The notes beneath the pieces were generated by a model, which did not search any database, was not told where the DNA came from, and was given only the letters and a program-made list of their open reading frames with translations. Position numbers and translations under genes: made by a program. 64,000 bases of DNA from Leucoraja ocellata (Eukaryota): positions 10,230,001-10,294,000 of the forward strand of contig JAWMAR010000009.1 in the NCBI GenBank assembly GCA_036785375.1. The letters are read 5' to 3'. Positions 24,658-38,991 of the stretch are shown piece by piece (within the stretch, counting starts at the first letter, position 1; each line of letters opens with the position of its first letter).

Positions 24658-25192
24658 GTTCCTTTTACTTTAACTTATCTGCACATGAATGCTGAGTCTG
24701 GTAAACTTTCAATGTCACAATAATTATTAATGATTACCAATCTACTGTCCGAATCCTATCGAAAATGAGTTGCTTGAGTTCACAAAAAATAGTCAACTTT
24801 GATTTTTTTCTCTTTTTTTAGCTATCTCTTAAACCAAACATTTCTTTGCCTTTCTTTATCTGATTTGATTTTAATGTTTCCAGCTTATTGCTCTGGTTGC
24901 TCTCTAAAACCTTTCATTTCATACTCCTGTTCAGTAAGGTTCAAGATAGCTTGATCCAACATATTAAAGGGAAAGCAAAAGCAATTATAGTTTAAGGAGG
25001 CTGAAAAAGTCCATTAGCAAATGCTATTAAATGCCCATTTCAACAAGATCCAGCCCAATTTCTATCATCTTGCTAGGTAAATGGGCACACCAAGACACAG
25101 TCAGCAGAAATAAATAGTATACACAATTATTTCCAATAACTAATGTCACATGGCCCACCCTGAATGCAAAACATTTCTTTCTCCCCTTTTTA

Positions 25193-25333
<141 letters not shown>

Positions 25334-26194
25334 CTATGTCAGAGGAGGGAAAATTCTGTAATTGTAACTGTACCTGAAACAGTTTTCAACTAAAATGTTT
25401 TTCACTCTAATTTTTTCAGGTTACAATGCCACACAAGCAACAATTGACTCTATTATATCAGAAATTGATGGTATTCTATTGAATATGAATGCTAAGACTG
25501 CAAGTCTTCCAACCAATCTACAAAATTGAACTCCTTGAACAAATGAGACAGAACTTGTTATTACCATTCAATCACAGTCACCTCCAAAAGATTGCCATTG
25601 TTTTCTGGCCCTTTACATTTTTGCACATTGAGTGATCTTAAATATAAAAGGGTACATTTTGCTATCACTGTATAACATGCTGTTATATTTCACAAGTCCA
25701 GCTCAAACCAGGTCTGATTGCATGGTTTAAACATGGAGTTGACTAGATTCAAATGTAAAGAGATAGTGCTGTCAACACATACAACCACTGCTGTGAGAAG
25801 AAGGATCACAAACACTTCAATAATCTGTTTTTAAATATTGCAAGCTGCTATGTCAGCTCCAGTCTGGTCCATTAGTCTAACCGTTCATATAAATAAATCT
25901 AAAATGTAAAACAAAAATTATAACACATTCAGCAAAGAATAAAGAAAGAACCAATTTTATACAGTTTAAAAGTCCATTCAATAAAGAGAGCAACTTCAAC
26001 AAGAGTAACAAATTTCTCCCTACATTGAGTATGAATTTAATTTCACTCATCTTAGGTATGCACAAATATCACACTCACCACTTTTAACCAACTCTCTCCC
26101 CCTGCAATCACCATCTCAACTACTTTAGTTTAACTTTCTGAACTTTTTATGCACACCTCAGAAAACTGAATCCTGATAATTATATTAAGTCAAC

Positions 26195-26500
26195 ATCATA
26201 GAATCATGGCATGGAAACAGGTCCTTCAAGTCTACTGAATCTGTGCTGACTACCAAGCACCCATTTATACCAATCTTAAAAAAAAAAAACCCTATAAACG
26301 CCCTCAAGGTTTTCCCACTCATCTACAAACTAGGGGCAATTTACAGTGGCCAATTAACGTAACAACTTGCATATCCCTGGGATGCAGGAGGGAAACAGAG
26401 CACCTAGAGGAAGTCCACATTGTCGGAGGAGCTCGTGCACACTCCACATGGACAGCACCAGACATCAGGATTAAATCTAGGTTGCTAAAGTTGCACCACT
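26195..26500 (-). mobile_element. Degenerate V-SINE
   Basis: CTAGGGGCAATTTACAGTGGCCAATTAAC...ACTCCACATGGACAGCACC motifs shared with other copies. Confidence 0.65.
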
Positions 26501-27214
26501 GTGCAAGTCTTCTCAGCTTTCTGGTTAGGTTGTTAATGGATTTATGGTCTAAGGTGTATATAAAATAAAACTAGATGCGAATTGCTCCTATGTTGCAGTC
26601 AGTAGTAAGGCAAGGGATTGAGCTAAAACTATGAATTGAGACACAAGGAATGACAGATGCTGGCTGACCTGCTGAGTTGCTCCAGCACTTTGTGTTTTGC
26701 TCGAAACGATGAATTATTTACCTGGAGATGGGCCAAAGATGCTTAAATCGGACAGCATGTGAAGATAATGCACTACAGAAAGGTTTGGCCTCCTTTCTCT
26801 CGGAATTTATTCCGCACCAAGCAGGGAATCCCCTGATCTAATCTTTGTGTGCCTTGCTATGCGAAGTGAGAGAAAAGAAAAGGTGTGTTCAAGAGGAACG
26901 TAAATTACCATACATCACCATTTCTCCCTATAATTTGCAGATTCAATGTGGCAATAAGTATAAAGTGGCAAATGGGAGCTCTGTAACTTACGGTGTAAAG
27001 ATTCATGACTAGATTCATTGGTCTGCAACATAGTAGAATGGTGCAACTTTGCACAACTCCAGTGACCCAGGTTCAGCCCTGGCCTACGTGCCATCTGCAT
27101 ATTTCCATGACTGCACTCCTCTGGGTTAGTTTCCCCCTCACATCCCAAAGATGGGAACTTAGAAAAGAAATTGCAAGGGCTTGGTTGAATTCTTTGCATT
27201 ATCGTTAGACACAG

Positions 27215-27500
27215 CTGAGGTGCCAGAGCACTGCAGTGATGCAGCTGATAGTGCCGCTGCCTCATAACACCAAGAGAATAACACATAGACTAAGGTTTGA
27301 TCCTGACCTCGGGTGCTGTTTATGTGAGGTTTGCTAGTTCTCCCTGTGACTGGATGGGTTTCCTCCGCCTGCTCTGGTTTCCTGCCACATCCCTAAGATG
27401 TGCGGGTTTGGACGTTAATTGGCCTCTAGAAATTGCCCCGAGTATGTTCGGAATGAACGAGAAAGTGGAATAGCGTAGAACTAAGTGACGGATGATCAAT
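27215..27500 (+). mobile_element. V-SINE (HE1-like)
   Basis: GGTTTGATCCTGACCTCGGGTGCTG...GTTCTCCCTGTGAC...GGGTTTCCTCCG. Confidence 0.75.
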
Positions 27501-27504
27501 AGTC

Positions 27505-27926
27505 GGAGATGGACACAAAAGCTGGTGTTACTCAGCGGGACAGGCAGCATCTCTGGAGAGAAGGAATGGACGACGTTTCGGGTCGAGACCCTTCTTCAGA
27601 CTGATATCAGGGGAGGGGGTGGGACAAAGATAGAATGTAGTCGGAGACATTAAGACACGAGGGAGAACTGGGAAGCGGAAAGGGGATAGAGAGAGAAAGC
27701 AAGGGCTATCTGAAGTTAGAGAAGTCAATGTTTCTACCACTGGGGTGTAAACTACCCAAGCGAAATATGAGGTGCTGTTCCTCTAATTTGCGCTGGGCCT
27801 CACTCTGGCAATGGAGGAGGCCCAGGACAGAAAGGTCAGATTGGGAATGGGAGCGCGAGTTGAAGTGCTGAGCCACTGGGAGATCAGATAGATTAGGACG
27901 GACTGAGCGGAGGTGTTCAGTGAAAC
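27505..27926 (-). mobile_element. Penelope-like element 3' end (GIY-YIG C-terminus plus hammerhead-bearing terminal region)
   Basis: ORF 27706..27981 EHLRSVR...PVAQHFNS..HS...RKLEEQHLIFRLGSL; close to 9645-10020. Confidence 0.9.
27572..27599 (-). ncRNA. Minimal type I hammerhead ribozyme motif in a Penelope-like element end
   Basis: Minus strand reads CTGAAGA-A-GGGTC-TC-GACCC-GAAAC-GTC: CUGANGA and GAAA core, 5-bp stem II, palindromic ACGT stem III, GUC cleavage triplet. Confidence 0.7.
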
Positions 27927-28199
27927 ATTTCAGACCGTTCCGTATCAGAAAGGGGGAGATCAGGGGGGATGGTGAACACAAGGCAAGGGTGGGGGTTGGG
28001 ATCGGAGGAAGGCAACTGAGTAGATGAAGGCCGAGGCGATGTCTGGTGGGTGTTCAGAGAGGAGGGGGGGCATGAGAACTATTGGATGGGTGGGGAGTAG
28101 CTGGGGTCACCTGGCTAAAAGGGGAAGGGGTCAATAGTCGGCTTAGACTCGATGGGCCAAAAGGCCTGTTTCCGTGCTGTATCTAAAACAAAACTGATG

Positions 28200-28700
28200 G
28201 CTAATACTCTGTCAATACTTAAGAAGGGCTGAAAGAAAAACCTGGGAACTGGAGATCAGTAAACCCAACATCTATGGTAGATAATTTATTGGAGGAGATT
28301 AAGATATACGTGCATTTGTAAAGACAGGGGTTAATTAAGGATGTGTAGGAAGAAACTGCAGATGCGGGTTTAAACCGAAGATAGACACCAAACAGGCAGG
28401 GTCTCTGGAGAGAAGGAAGAGTGATGTTTTGGGTCAACATCCTTCTTCAGACTATTAAGGATAGTTAGTCTGTACTGATTTGTGTGTGGGAGATTGTCTC
28501 TCACAATTTTTTTTAAAGAGGAAACCAAGAAAGTCAATGAGGGCACGGCCATAGACATAGTTTATATGGACTTCAGCAAAGTCTTTAAAAATATTCCACA
28601 TGGTAGAGGTTTAGGTCAAACCGAGGCAAATAGGACTAGCCTAGATAGGCATCTGATAAGCTCAGATGAGTTGGGCTAATCAGCCTATTTCTGTGATATA
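28200..28700 (+). mobile_element. Degenerate CR1 RT fragments with an inserted Penelope-derived piece (~28343-28453)
   Basis: ORF 28482..28679 AIDIVYMDFSKVFKNIPHGR matches the CR1 RT motif; AACTGCAGATGC...CTTCTTCAGAC insert. Confidence 0.7.
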
Positions 28701-29007
28701 TATCAGAATATTTGTAGGAAATAGGTGGGGAAATGGGATTGATGAGACTGGTCGAGAGATTCAATGGGTTTGAATGGTTTCATTCTATGTCATAATGAAG
28801 TATGATTAGGTGAAATGTGGCAACAGAAACTGTTCCCAAGAAGTTTCCAATACTTAAACAAGAACATAATTATTTTTAAATGTGACCCATTATCATTATT
28901 TTAAGTGTTTTGGTTTATTAATCACTCGTAAACATGCATAGCATTTAAGCATCTGCACATATGAGCTTGATTACTCTGTATGCCTTTATTTGTATTTAAA
29001 AATGTCA

Positions 29008-29301
<294 letters not shown>

Positions 29302-30149
29302 TTAGCTAACATGCAGAATTCTGTAAATTACATCTTTTGGCTTGCTTGGAACTATCAGCTAAGAAACATGTTTAAAGGGATTAACTATTGCTGACTTTAA
29401 AACTAATCCGAGGGCAGAATCTTGGAATTAACAAGCAACCACACGCTTGTTGGACCTCATACAGAGATATTTCAAAATTTAGCAATCTTAAGAAATAAAT
29501 CTATATTATTCTAAAATGACTGCAAATTAATCCTGATGTTTCTGATATTTATATGTTAGAAGAAAGCCAAAATAATTGTCCTGAATAGAGAAAAGCATTT
29601 AGCTCATATTATGCAATAAAGTAATACTTCTTGGGATGTCACTCACAAATTCCAACTGTACAACTGCTTTCAGTCATTTATTTTATATCTGCAGTGATTC
29701 CAAATAATGAACTAGATTTGGGATATATTTTAGAATTTGGTGCTGTCTGTAATATTTCCTCTGGACAATTCACCATACATTGTATGATATGCTGCTGCTC
29801 AATTCCAAGAATTCTCTTCAATAATCTATAAAAATCCTGAACATGATTAGTAACTTACCTTTACAGTGAAATCAATTGTCATAAAAAATAAGTATATTAT
29901 TACAACACTAGTATGTAACAGGGATAAAATTCAAATAGAATGTTTTAACGTGGCAATGGACTCAAGTAGCACAGAAATAGGCCCTTCATCCCAACTCAAC
30001 CATGCTATATTTAACCATATCCCTCTAAACACTTCCTCTCAATATAAATATCCATACGTGATTTCAAATGCAGACAAGCTAACAAGTTTTCCAAACATCC
30101 CCATTCTGACTTAAATAATGTTGCTACTGTCCTGTGGCTTGTTATCTAG

Positions 30150-30470
30150 CACCTCCTGCTACTGCTATGGTTACGTTATTGGACTAACATTTAGAATTCT
30201 GGACCTGGAGTTTGAATTCAAGCATTGCATTTGCAGAACTAAAATCCACACAATTAATTAAACCTATAATTTAAAACAAGTCAGCAACTGTGAGTGTGAA
30301 ACTACTGAATTGTAAAATAATGCTTATGCAATTCACAAAAGGAAACCTGCCATATTAATGCAGTCTTGGCAATTTGTGACTTCCAATTTTACTTCCTCAG
30401 TTCAGGGGCAATTAAGGATGGACAATAAATGCTGCCACTGCCAGCGACATCCACATCCAATAAATGATTG
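30150..30470 (+). mobile_element. Old SINE remnant with a GGGCAATTAAGGATGGACAATAAATGCTG 3' tail
   Basis: B-box-like GAGTTTGAATTC; tail resembles the LINE-like end at 55245-55290 (minus). Confidence 0.5.
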
Positions 30471-33164
30471 TGAAACATATCTATGCTTTGATTTTTAATA
30501 CTATTTCAGTCTAGTTCAACTAAAACTTCAGAAATAGTTTTCAAACTTAAGTGTTAAAAATATCTACTCCATTGCACATTCCTTGTTTGGTGAATAATTA
30601 CAGAATCAACTGTGGTAGCTCACCAGAACTCTGGATACTCAGCATCCTACTAATTTTAGAATTTCATCATCACATTCCTTCTCTTTTCATCCATTCATGG
30701 TCCATTTTCTACCTTCCACTTTGGATTTGTTTTGGCCATCTATCCTCTTCTAAAACTTATGATTTTTTTGTATCAACCAATATCCTTAAATTTTTTTAAA
30801 TCTTTTAAATAATTGTTTACATGCCACTAATGAGAAATATGTTAGTTTGAACTTTTCCCGTAATTCCTTCTTACTGCATTTGTTAGTCCATTTAAGGGAT
30901 CTTTTTTCTCTAATTCTGATAAAGGTTATCAACACAAAACCTTAACCTATTTTTTGCTTCTGTGAGATGCAGATATAGCTATGCATTAAAGCCTTCACTG
31001 TTTTAAGAACGCATTCGCTATGCAGCCAGAGGCAAAAACTAGACATGACTCAATACAGAGAGCTACTTATCCTGAAAGAAATTCATCACAGCCCTTTGCA
31101 TGGATATTTGGTGAAATTTTAAATCCATTTCCACAAGGCATCATTTAGAAGTCAATTCAGCCAGCTTGATCAATTCCCAAGGATCCAGATTAGGGCTGAA
31201 GGAACAAAGTATCAGGCCAACATGAGATGTTTCAACTATTAATCACTTGTCAAAGGCAATGAATTTATTTAGCATTGTTAATGCCACAGAATGTTGGAGA
31301 GGCTTTACATTAAGTTTATTGATCAAATAATTGGATAAAGATTTTTAAGTCAAGGAGCTTCTTCAAGAATCGATAGATTGAGGAAGCATAGTAGAAATAG
31401 ATCTCCAAAGCTTGGAATTGAGGTCGCTGCCATTTGTGGTGGGCATGAAGGTAGAATTAGAAGAATGTTTAGAAGTGAGGGGGCAATAGATAAGAAATTA
31501 GAAAGGAGGAGGCATTCACTTGGGAAGGTGAATACTGAAGCATCATACCGATCCAGAAAGTCAGGACAGTTCCTCCATACCTACAGATAATTTCCTTCCC
31601 CAACTCATTATTGGTATTCTTTGAACACTGAAGTTGCATCGAAGAAGACAGAAATGCTCACCAAAATGATAAATGGAATGAGCTACAAGGAGTTTAGATG
31701 GTTCGGTGGATTAACTCAAGAATCAATATTGGAAAAGGGAAAGAAAATCTGTTTTCACCACTACTAAAAAGATGGGTAACAAACTCAAGTTCTAAAGAAT
31801 TCTATATGAATAATTTCCAAGAATGCTGCGACATTGGGCCCATCGCCCCACCTATTTTTCCCACTATACGTAAGATGTGCCTCACAAATATAACCACAAG
31901 CTCAGTTGCCAAAATATGATGACATTATAATTGTACTTTGTGAAAGAACTTAGATTATTCCAATTGGACAGTTAATCAATGCTGTAATCAAGTAACCTAG
32001 AGAACTAAGTCCTGGCAATATGCCAAGATTGTAAAGTTATTAAAGGCAAGGCAGTCCAGATCCTTTCTATTGTGTGGGGACACGAAAATTAAAGCTGAGC
32101 CACTAGGTGTCAGGGTTACCGTGCGAGATGAATGATTGACTCTACAAATGTTGTGAAACCAGGTGCCAAGATATGTGCAACTCCAGAAATTATCCAGAGG
32201 CCTTTATTTCGAAACTCCCACAATGCAAAGCATTGTAACGTTTGCACGCAATACGTCCATGATCCCGTCTGCGCTCACAATACACACAATATGATCATGG
32301 CTGATCATCCAAATATTGAAATACATTATTCCCACATTCTATTCACATTGCCTGGATCTTCCAAAGTTGGGATTTAGGTGTAGGAAGCCAACCAGAGGAA
32401 ATCCCCAGAGATTTTCCTCACTTCTCTATTTTCAGCATTTCTCCGGGTTAGAATTCCGAGGCTGGGAATCCAAGTTGTACAGATATTTAGCTACATTATG
32501 GAACAACACTTTGATGCATTCACAGTTACACCAACCAGTCAGCTTCTTGTTTATTTACATAGATCAGCTCGAATATTTCAAATTTGGAATCATGACAAAT
32601 GGTTTTTGATGTTTCCCAAATCGTGCTTCCCACCACTCAGCTTTCTTTTCTCCCTATGATATCATTTTGCATATTTCTTAAGGTGTGTAAGAAGATCGTG
32701 ATCCATTCTCTACCTTTTATTCTTTACCAATTTACTTTATAATACTTTGTGGTCATTATAAAACAAAGCAAAACATGAGTTCATTTCCAGAGGAATAGTA
32801 TTGAAGGGCAGTAATGTTATGCATCGGATCTTGGATGAACCTTACATTAGCCTTATAATAAAAACATGTGGTCGCCATTTGACCCATTGGATCCATGCAG
32901 CTTGCCGTGAGCAATTCCATTAGTCCCGTTTTCCCCATTACCTTACTTTGATGTATCCCTGCAATGTGTTCTCACTCTCACATCTTCCCATCAACTCCCC
33001 TTTGATTCTTTTTGCTATTAACCTGCACTAAGGAGTAATATATAATGAATGAACCTACCAGCACACTTTGGGGTTTCAAAGGAAATTGAAGCACTCCGAG
33101 GAAACTTGCAGTCATGGAAATAATGTGCAAAATGGCCCAAAAGCACCTAAGATTTTTGTATTTT

Positions 33165-33514
33165 TGTACCCGACGCCGATGATCCAGCTTCGCGGCAGAG
33201 GGCCTGAGAACATCGAGTTGGCTGAGGAGGCCACATATAGACCCCGACCTCGGGTGGACTATGAGGGGGAGAACTGGATATTTTTAGTGCCTTCCCTCAC
33301 AGTGAATTCTGCTGTGGGGGGACGTTTCATGTTGATTTCTATAGTGTACTGTTCTGTGTCTTTTTTTTCTTTTTTCTCTTTTTTGTTTTTGTATGGATAT
33401 ATTGACATTTGGTCTGTTCTATTAATTTAATCAAACTCTGTAAAGCACTTTGGTTCAAATACTGGTTTTGTTGAAAAGTGCTATATAAATAAAGATTATT
33501 ATTATTATTATTAT
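33165..33514 (+). mobile_element. SINE-like element with an L2-type 3' tail and (ATT)n end
   Basis: TGTAAAGCACTTTG...AAAAGTGCTATATAAATAAA(GATT)(ATT)n; stem AGCACTTT 33444-33451 pairs with AAAGTGCT 33475-33482. Confidence 0.7.
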
Positions 33515-34149
33515 CTATTGAATCTCCAAGGTCAAAGGAGTTGTGATGTAACAGTTAGTGCTGTTACCTCACATCACATCTCCAACTTGTGCACAGTGAA
33601 TCAATTTTTTATTTTTTAAAAATACAATGGAAACGAGGTTTACCAGAATGAGTGCAGAATTGAAAAGTTACATCCATCTGGAAAGACTTAGTAGACTGAA
33701 GTTTTTTTAATTCTAATAAGGATATGACGAAGAGGTGATCGTGGTTTGATAAAGTTTGTCAGGGAAGTCATTATGAGGTTTTCCATTGCAAGGTAGACCA
33801 GGGACAAAGGTAATAAGTGCATGTTAAATGGCAAGAGGACTAACCATACGATTCCTTCTCTGTCATTTAGTAAGATCCTGGCTGATCATTTACTTCAACT
33901 GTACTTTTCTGCTATACCTGTTCATTTCTTTGAATACAAGTGGCCACTAATGAATCCAATATACGATTCAGGAGTAATGTTATCAGCTCAAATCAGGTAA
34001 GAGCTTGAAATAGTTCATGGAAAATGCATAGATGCATTTAAAGAGGTCAGATGATGGATCACAAGACTGGAAGGATATATTGCTGGATATATGGATGGGA
34101 GATGTGGACCAGTTGGCTGAATGGACTGTAAATATTAGTTATACTTTCC

Positions 34150-35045
34150 ATGTAAGAGTTACGATGTAGGTCCCTCAAGCCAGCTCTGCTATGCAATGCT
34201 ATAATTGATACTGCTTCAAGTCTACATTCCTACCTGCTCACCACATTCCTTTATTCCCGAGTGCCATATTCTGAGCATCCACAACCTTTTAAGATGGGGA
34301 ACGCAAAGATGCGCAGTCTCTTTTGTGAAGAACTTTCTCACCTATAAATTGCTGGCGTTTATCTCGGGAAATGGACACAGCTCTGCAACTAGGGGAACCA
34401 ATTTATCTGTACCTACCTATCAATCCATTTCAGATTTTAATAAATCCCAATGTTATTACTTCTTCTCAACTCTTGAGAGCCCATGAAGTGAATGTAGTAC
34501 AGTTCTATCTGATCTTTCATGAGAAAATCCTTACCCTCACATTCTAGGTATTGTTCCAGTGAACCAATATTCCATTACTCCGAAGGCATTTTTCTTTTCA
34601 CATGGACATTAAAATCCAAAACAACTCCAGACTTGGTTTTACTAAATCCTATGTAGTGGTGTTGCGAGGCTTCTTTATTCTTGTATTAAAACTGTCTCCA
34701 TCTCACCTCTCAATAAAGGGCAACCTGGCATTTGTCTTCCTAACTTCTCTCCATCACTGCAGGCTAACTTTGTTAATTTACATCTCCCACCTTTATACAG
34801 ATTATACTTAAGAACCCGACTGAAATTGTTAAATCATCACCGTTCATAGTTTGTTTTTTTCCTTTTGCTTATCTCTTGCAGAAGCATCAGTAACATAAGG
34901 AAAGGAAGAAACATAGAATATGGAAACATAGAAAATAGGTGCAGGAGTAGGCCATTCGGCCCTTCGAGCCAGCACCGCCTTTCAATATGATCATGGCTGA
35001 TCATCCAAAATCAGTTCCTGCTTTTTCCACATATCCCTTGATTCC
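34150..35045 (-). mobile_element. Degenerate CR1 fragments plus a young HER1-type 3' tail (~34910-35045)
   Basis: AAACATAGAAAATAGGTGCAGGAGTAGGCCATTCGGCCCTTCGAGC, near-identical to the tails at ~4820 and ~47640. Confidence 0.75.
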
Positions 35046-35929
35046 ATTTCAGGTGCCTTGATTTGGATTAGTGAAACTAACTGCTATTTTGTGAAGTTTT
35101 TGTGGAATTTGTATAGTTACTGCAGTAGGGAAACAAGCATAACTTCTGAGAGAGGTGGAAAATGGATATTCAGTGTCAAACACATTGCTTTTGCATATTA
35201 CGGCAATTTAGGGAGATTTATATAAAACACATTTTTTTTTGGAAATGCAATATCCTCCACAAACCCACTCCCTCAATTTTACTATATTTTGGGGAGCTGT
35301 AACAGTATAAAGCAGACAATTGTGTTACAATATATTTAATTGACCCAAATGATTAGTAGAGACATATACGTATTCTTAGAAATTGCAGCTGGAAAAATCC
35401 ATGAAAAAATTCCTATATTCGTAAATTCTGAATTTATTGCTAGACTTTGATTATTAATTAATCTATTTATTGGTTTAAAAAAGACGTACTCATCTCTCTT
35501 TAATTCTTTGAAGCGGCATCTTAAAAACTGGAAACGCGGATATTACTGATTGTGTAAATTACGTCTGCATTTATGTGCGTGAATTTGGAAAGGATAGAAC
35601 ACAGTATAACGTTCGTTCCTTAATGCTGAGGTCCATCCCAAAAATCTAGCAGCCGTCCAGAACTACATCAGATCAGAATAAATTGGGAGGAATAATCTAA
35701 AGGGAGTCTAATTTTTTCTGAAGCATTGTTGAATTATACTGCATACGGTATATTGCTGATGGGAAGATTTTCAAATTTAGGTAAAACTAAGGCAAGTAAA
35801 TAAAAGCATTCTAGGTAATTTTATCCAGGTATTAAAAGTAGTATCAGAATTAACTTGGTGCCCAAGAGGAAAAGGGAAGTGCCTCAGCCAGTTGCAGTTT
35901 GGTCCTGGCACCAGCTAATCTCTGGTTCA

Positions 35930-36097
<168 letters not shown>

Positions 36098-38991
36098 CTA
36101 TAGGCGAATGAAGGTAGAGAACAACTTTCCATGTTTAGATATTGTGCCATATGACTATCATTTAAAATAGCATCAATCTCAATTGTCAGGGTATCCAGCT
36201 AATTATATATAGTAACTTATTAAGAGTAAACTTCCTAAAATTTATTTAAAATTGAATGGGAGCAATTATTGGTGGTGAATTTGATTTTGATGCTTCTATG
36301 TGCCTCAGTGTTAGTAAATCACTTATTTCATAATATGTCAGAATTATTATACGTAATAATTGTAATTTTATGAATTAAGTGATTATGGAGATGTGGGGAT
36401 GGTATATTAAACTAAAAAAAATGCAATTTAGTCACAATCACAGCTAAGCCTCATCCTGTCATATACAGCTCGGGTATGAAGGTTCAGACAATATACAAGA
36501 TCATTCTTTAGAGTGGCATCTTAACGATGTTTGTATCAGCCTTCTGTGCAACCTAGAATGGTGCAAGTGTTTTAAAGCCTGAAAGCTTTAGGTTAATTTA
36601 ATATGAACTCCATTTGGTTTAGTACTGTGAAACTATGTTAATTAAAAATGGAAATAGATATTTTGGGTATAAGTTTAACTGAAAGCAATTTGATATTCAG
36701 CACAGAGATCACCTGTTGCCTGTTCGGCAGTTCAGAGAAATAAGAAGGCAGAGCTCTAACTCAATTTGGCATTCACCTGAGTTTAAGTGGCTTATTTGTT
36801 GACACTCTTTCTGAAAATTCTTTATGTACATTGTGTTACTTACATCAATGGATTAAAAGCTTGTCAAAATGACAGGCATACAAATTATCAACAAGAACTG
36901 CTCAACTAAAAGTCTTATCCAGTGAGACTTGAATCTTAACTGGGAACATTTGAATTACTCATGGCAAGTTTATTCCAAAGAAGTCAACTGCGGGAATATT
37001 TGATGTGACCGAACAATAATTTATGTCCAGCAGTAAAATAAAAAGAGGCAGTAATATAATTAAAAATAATTAAATGGGTGATTGCTCAGTGCTGAAGAGG
37101 AAAATTGAGCGTAAATACATGGCAGTAGGACGAGGATGACTGTGGCATTTGTTAGGCCAGATTGATTTTTCAATCACAATTTAAATGCAGAATGAGATAT
37201 GATCATAATTCCATTAATTAATATAGGACCAGGAGGCAGTCAGATGTAAGCATGGCAATAGATTCAATTGAAGGGCAGGGCACAAGGGAGGTAAGCAGGA
37301 GCAAAGCGCCCCACCCAATGAAATGTAAAACAATTCTATGGACATTTGTCCTATAATGTTAAGGTGTACCATCTAAAAGCCAGTAAATTAAAAATGCACA
37401 CCTTCTTGAGGCACTGATATAGATAGGTGCTGACCATAGAATTTGCTGCAATTTCCATGACAACTGTGTATGTGAACATACTCCAAGGATGTTACTTGTA
37501 AGGTTTGCTAGAAAGTGTAAGGGGGAACCTTGCTGAAAGTTCAAAACATTCACCATCTCTATAGCAAAAGAGAAACGATTGACACATTGAAAGCAGCTCT
37601 TGCAGAATGCTGCACTATAGTGAATGGGAGAAATGGCAGCACTGCAAAGTAGAACTCTCCAATTTCAGCAATGCTGTATTAATATGTAGCTTTAATGTTT
37701 GTTTTGGTAACAATGCTGTGTTAATGTAGTTGAATGGGATTTTTAATTCTTTATATGAAACACCATCGGGTGTAAGAAAAACTGCATGTGACTTCTTACT
37801 ATTGTTTTTACATTTATAAATCATGTCCACATGATTAAATTTATTAAAAATGGACATGTTCGCAAACACATTGCTGATTTGGGTTTAAAGACAGTAAAAA
37901 AAAAACTACTTAGTGAGAGGTGATGGAGAAAATGATGGTGATTATTTTCTCCCCAGAAACAATGACATCAATTTTGAATTTGACAAACACATCATCATGG
38001 TAATTTATTTCACTGACGTTTTAAATGTTGGAAACAACAGCCTCACTACTCTTCTTACAAGGACTATCAATGAATCAGTCACACGCAAATGCCTCTGTAA
38101 AGGTTTGCGTTTGAGATCCTTGTTCTTTTATGTGACAAATTTGAAAGGGATTGTGTTATGTCACTTGAGGAGGTTCTTGAAACAGAAACAAATCTCAAGG
38201 ATTTGAATCAGTGGCTCTTCAGCCACACGACAGCTTCTGACATGGTCATCAGCAATACTGCATACATTAAGTCAGAAACTGAGTACTTCAGATATCTAGC
38301 TCTCTGCCTCTAATCTCTGGAGGCAGACTGACAGGGAAATGTTTTGACGTCATAGCTCTCAAAATTCCATGTTGATATTCTGAGATTTGAATTAATTTAG
38401 AAATGTTACATGGCAGATATTTTATATTCAAAAACCTTTTTCAAAATTGTGCAGAAACAGTCTGACAGGTTGAGATATTCTGGTATGAAACCATCAAATA
38501 GAATTGGAAGAAGTGAGAAACAGGAAAAGGAAGGGGTTACTGGATTTTCAGTGGTTTTATTTGCAGGGAGGCAGCTACTGCAATTTATTAAAAATAAAAG
38601 CAAAGAACATATCCTTAACACCGACCAATGAACTTCACATCCAATAGATTATTCCTGGAGCACTGCTATACATGTAATATCATTAATTTGGTGACCGATT
38701 GCAGATAATTAACATTTGATCCAATTAATTGGGGCAGAAAATAACATGATAATCATGGCATCAATAGTGGTTAAAAGGGACTAGGTATATCCATATTGTC
38801 CCCTTTCCATCTGATCCAAAAGATATATCACTGAATCACAATTTAGTGTTACTGTTTACCAAATAAGTTGTCCTCTACAACAATCCTATTGGTTGCTTTC
38901 ATCAGGGGTAAAGAAAGAAAAGCACATGAATCTTTCATGCTGTCCAGAATGAACTGGATGGGGGCAAACAAAAACAAATCAAATCGTGTAC

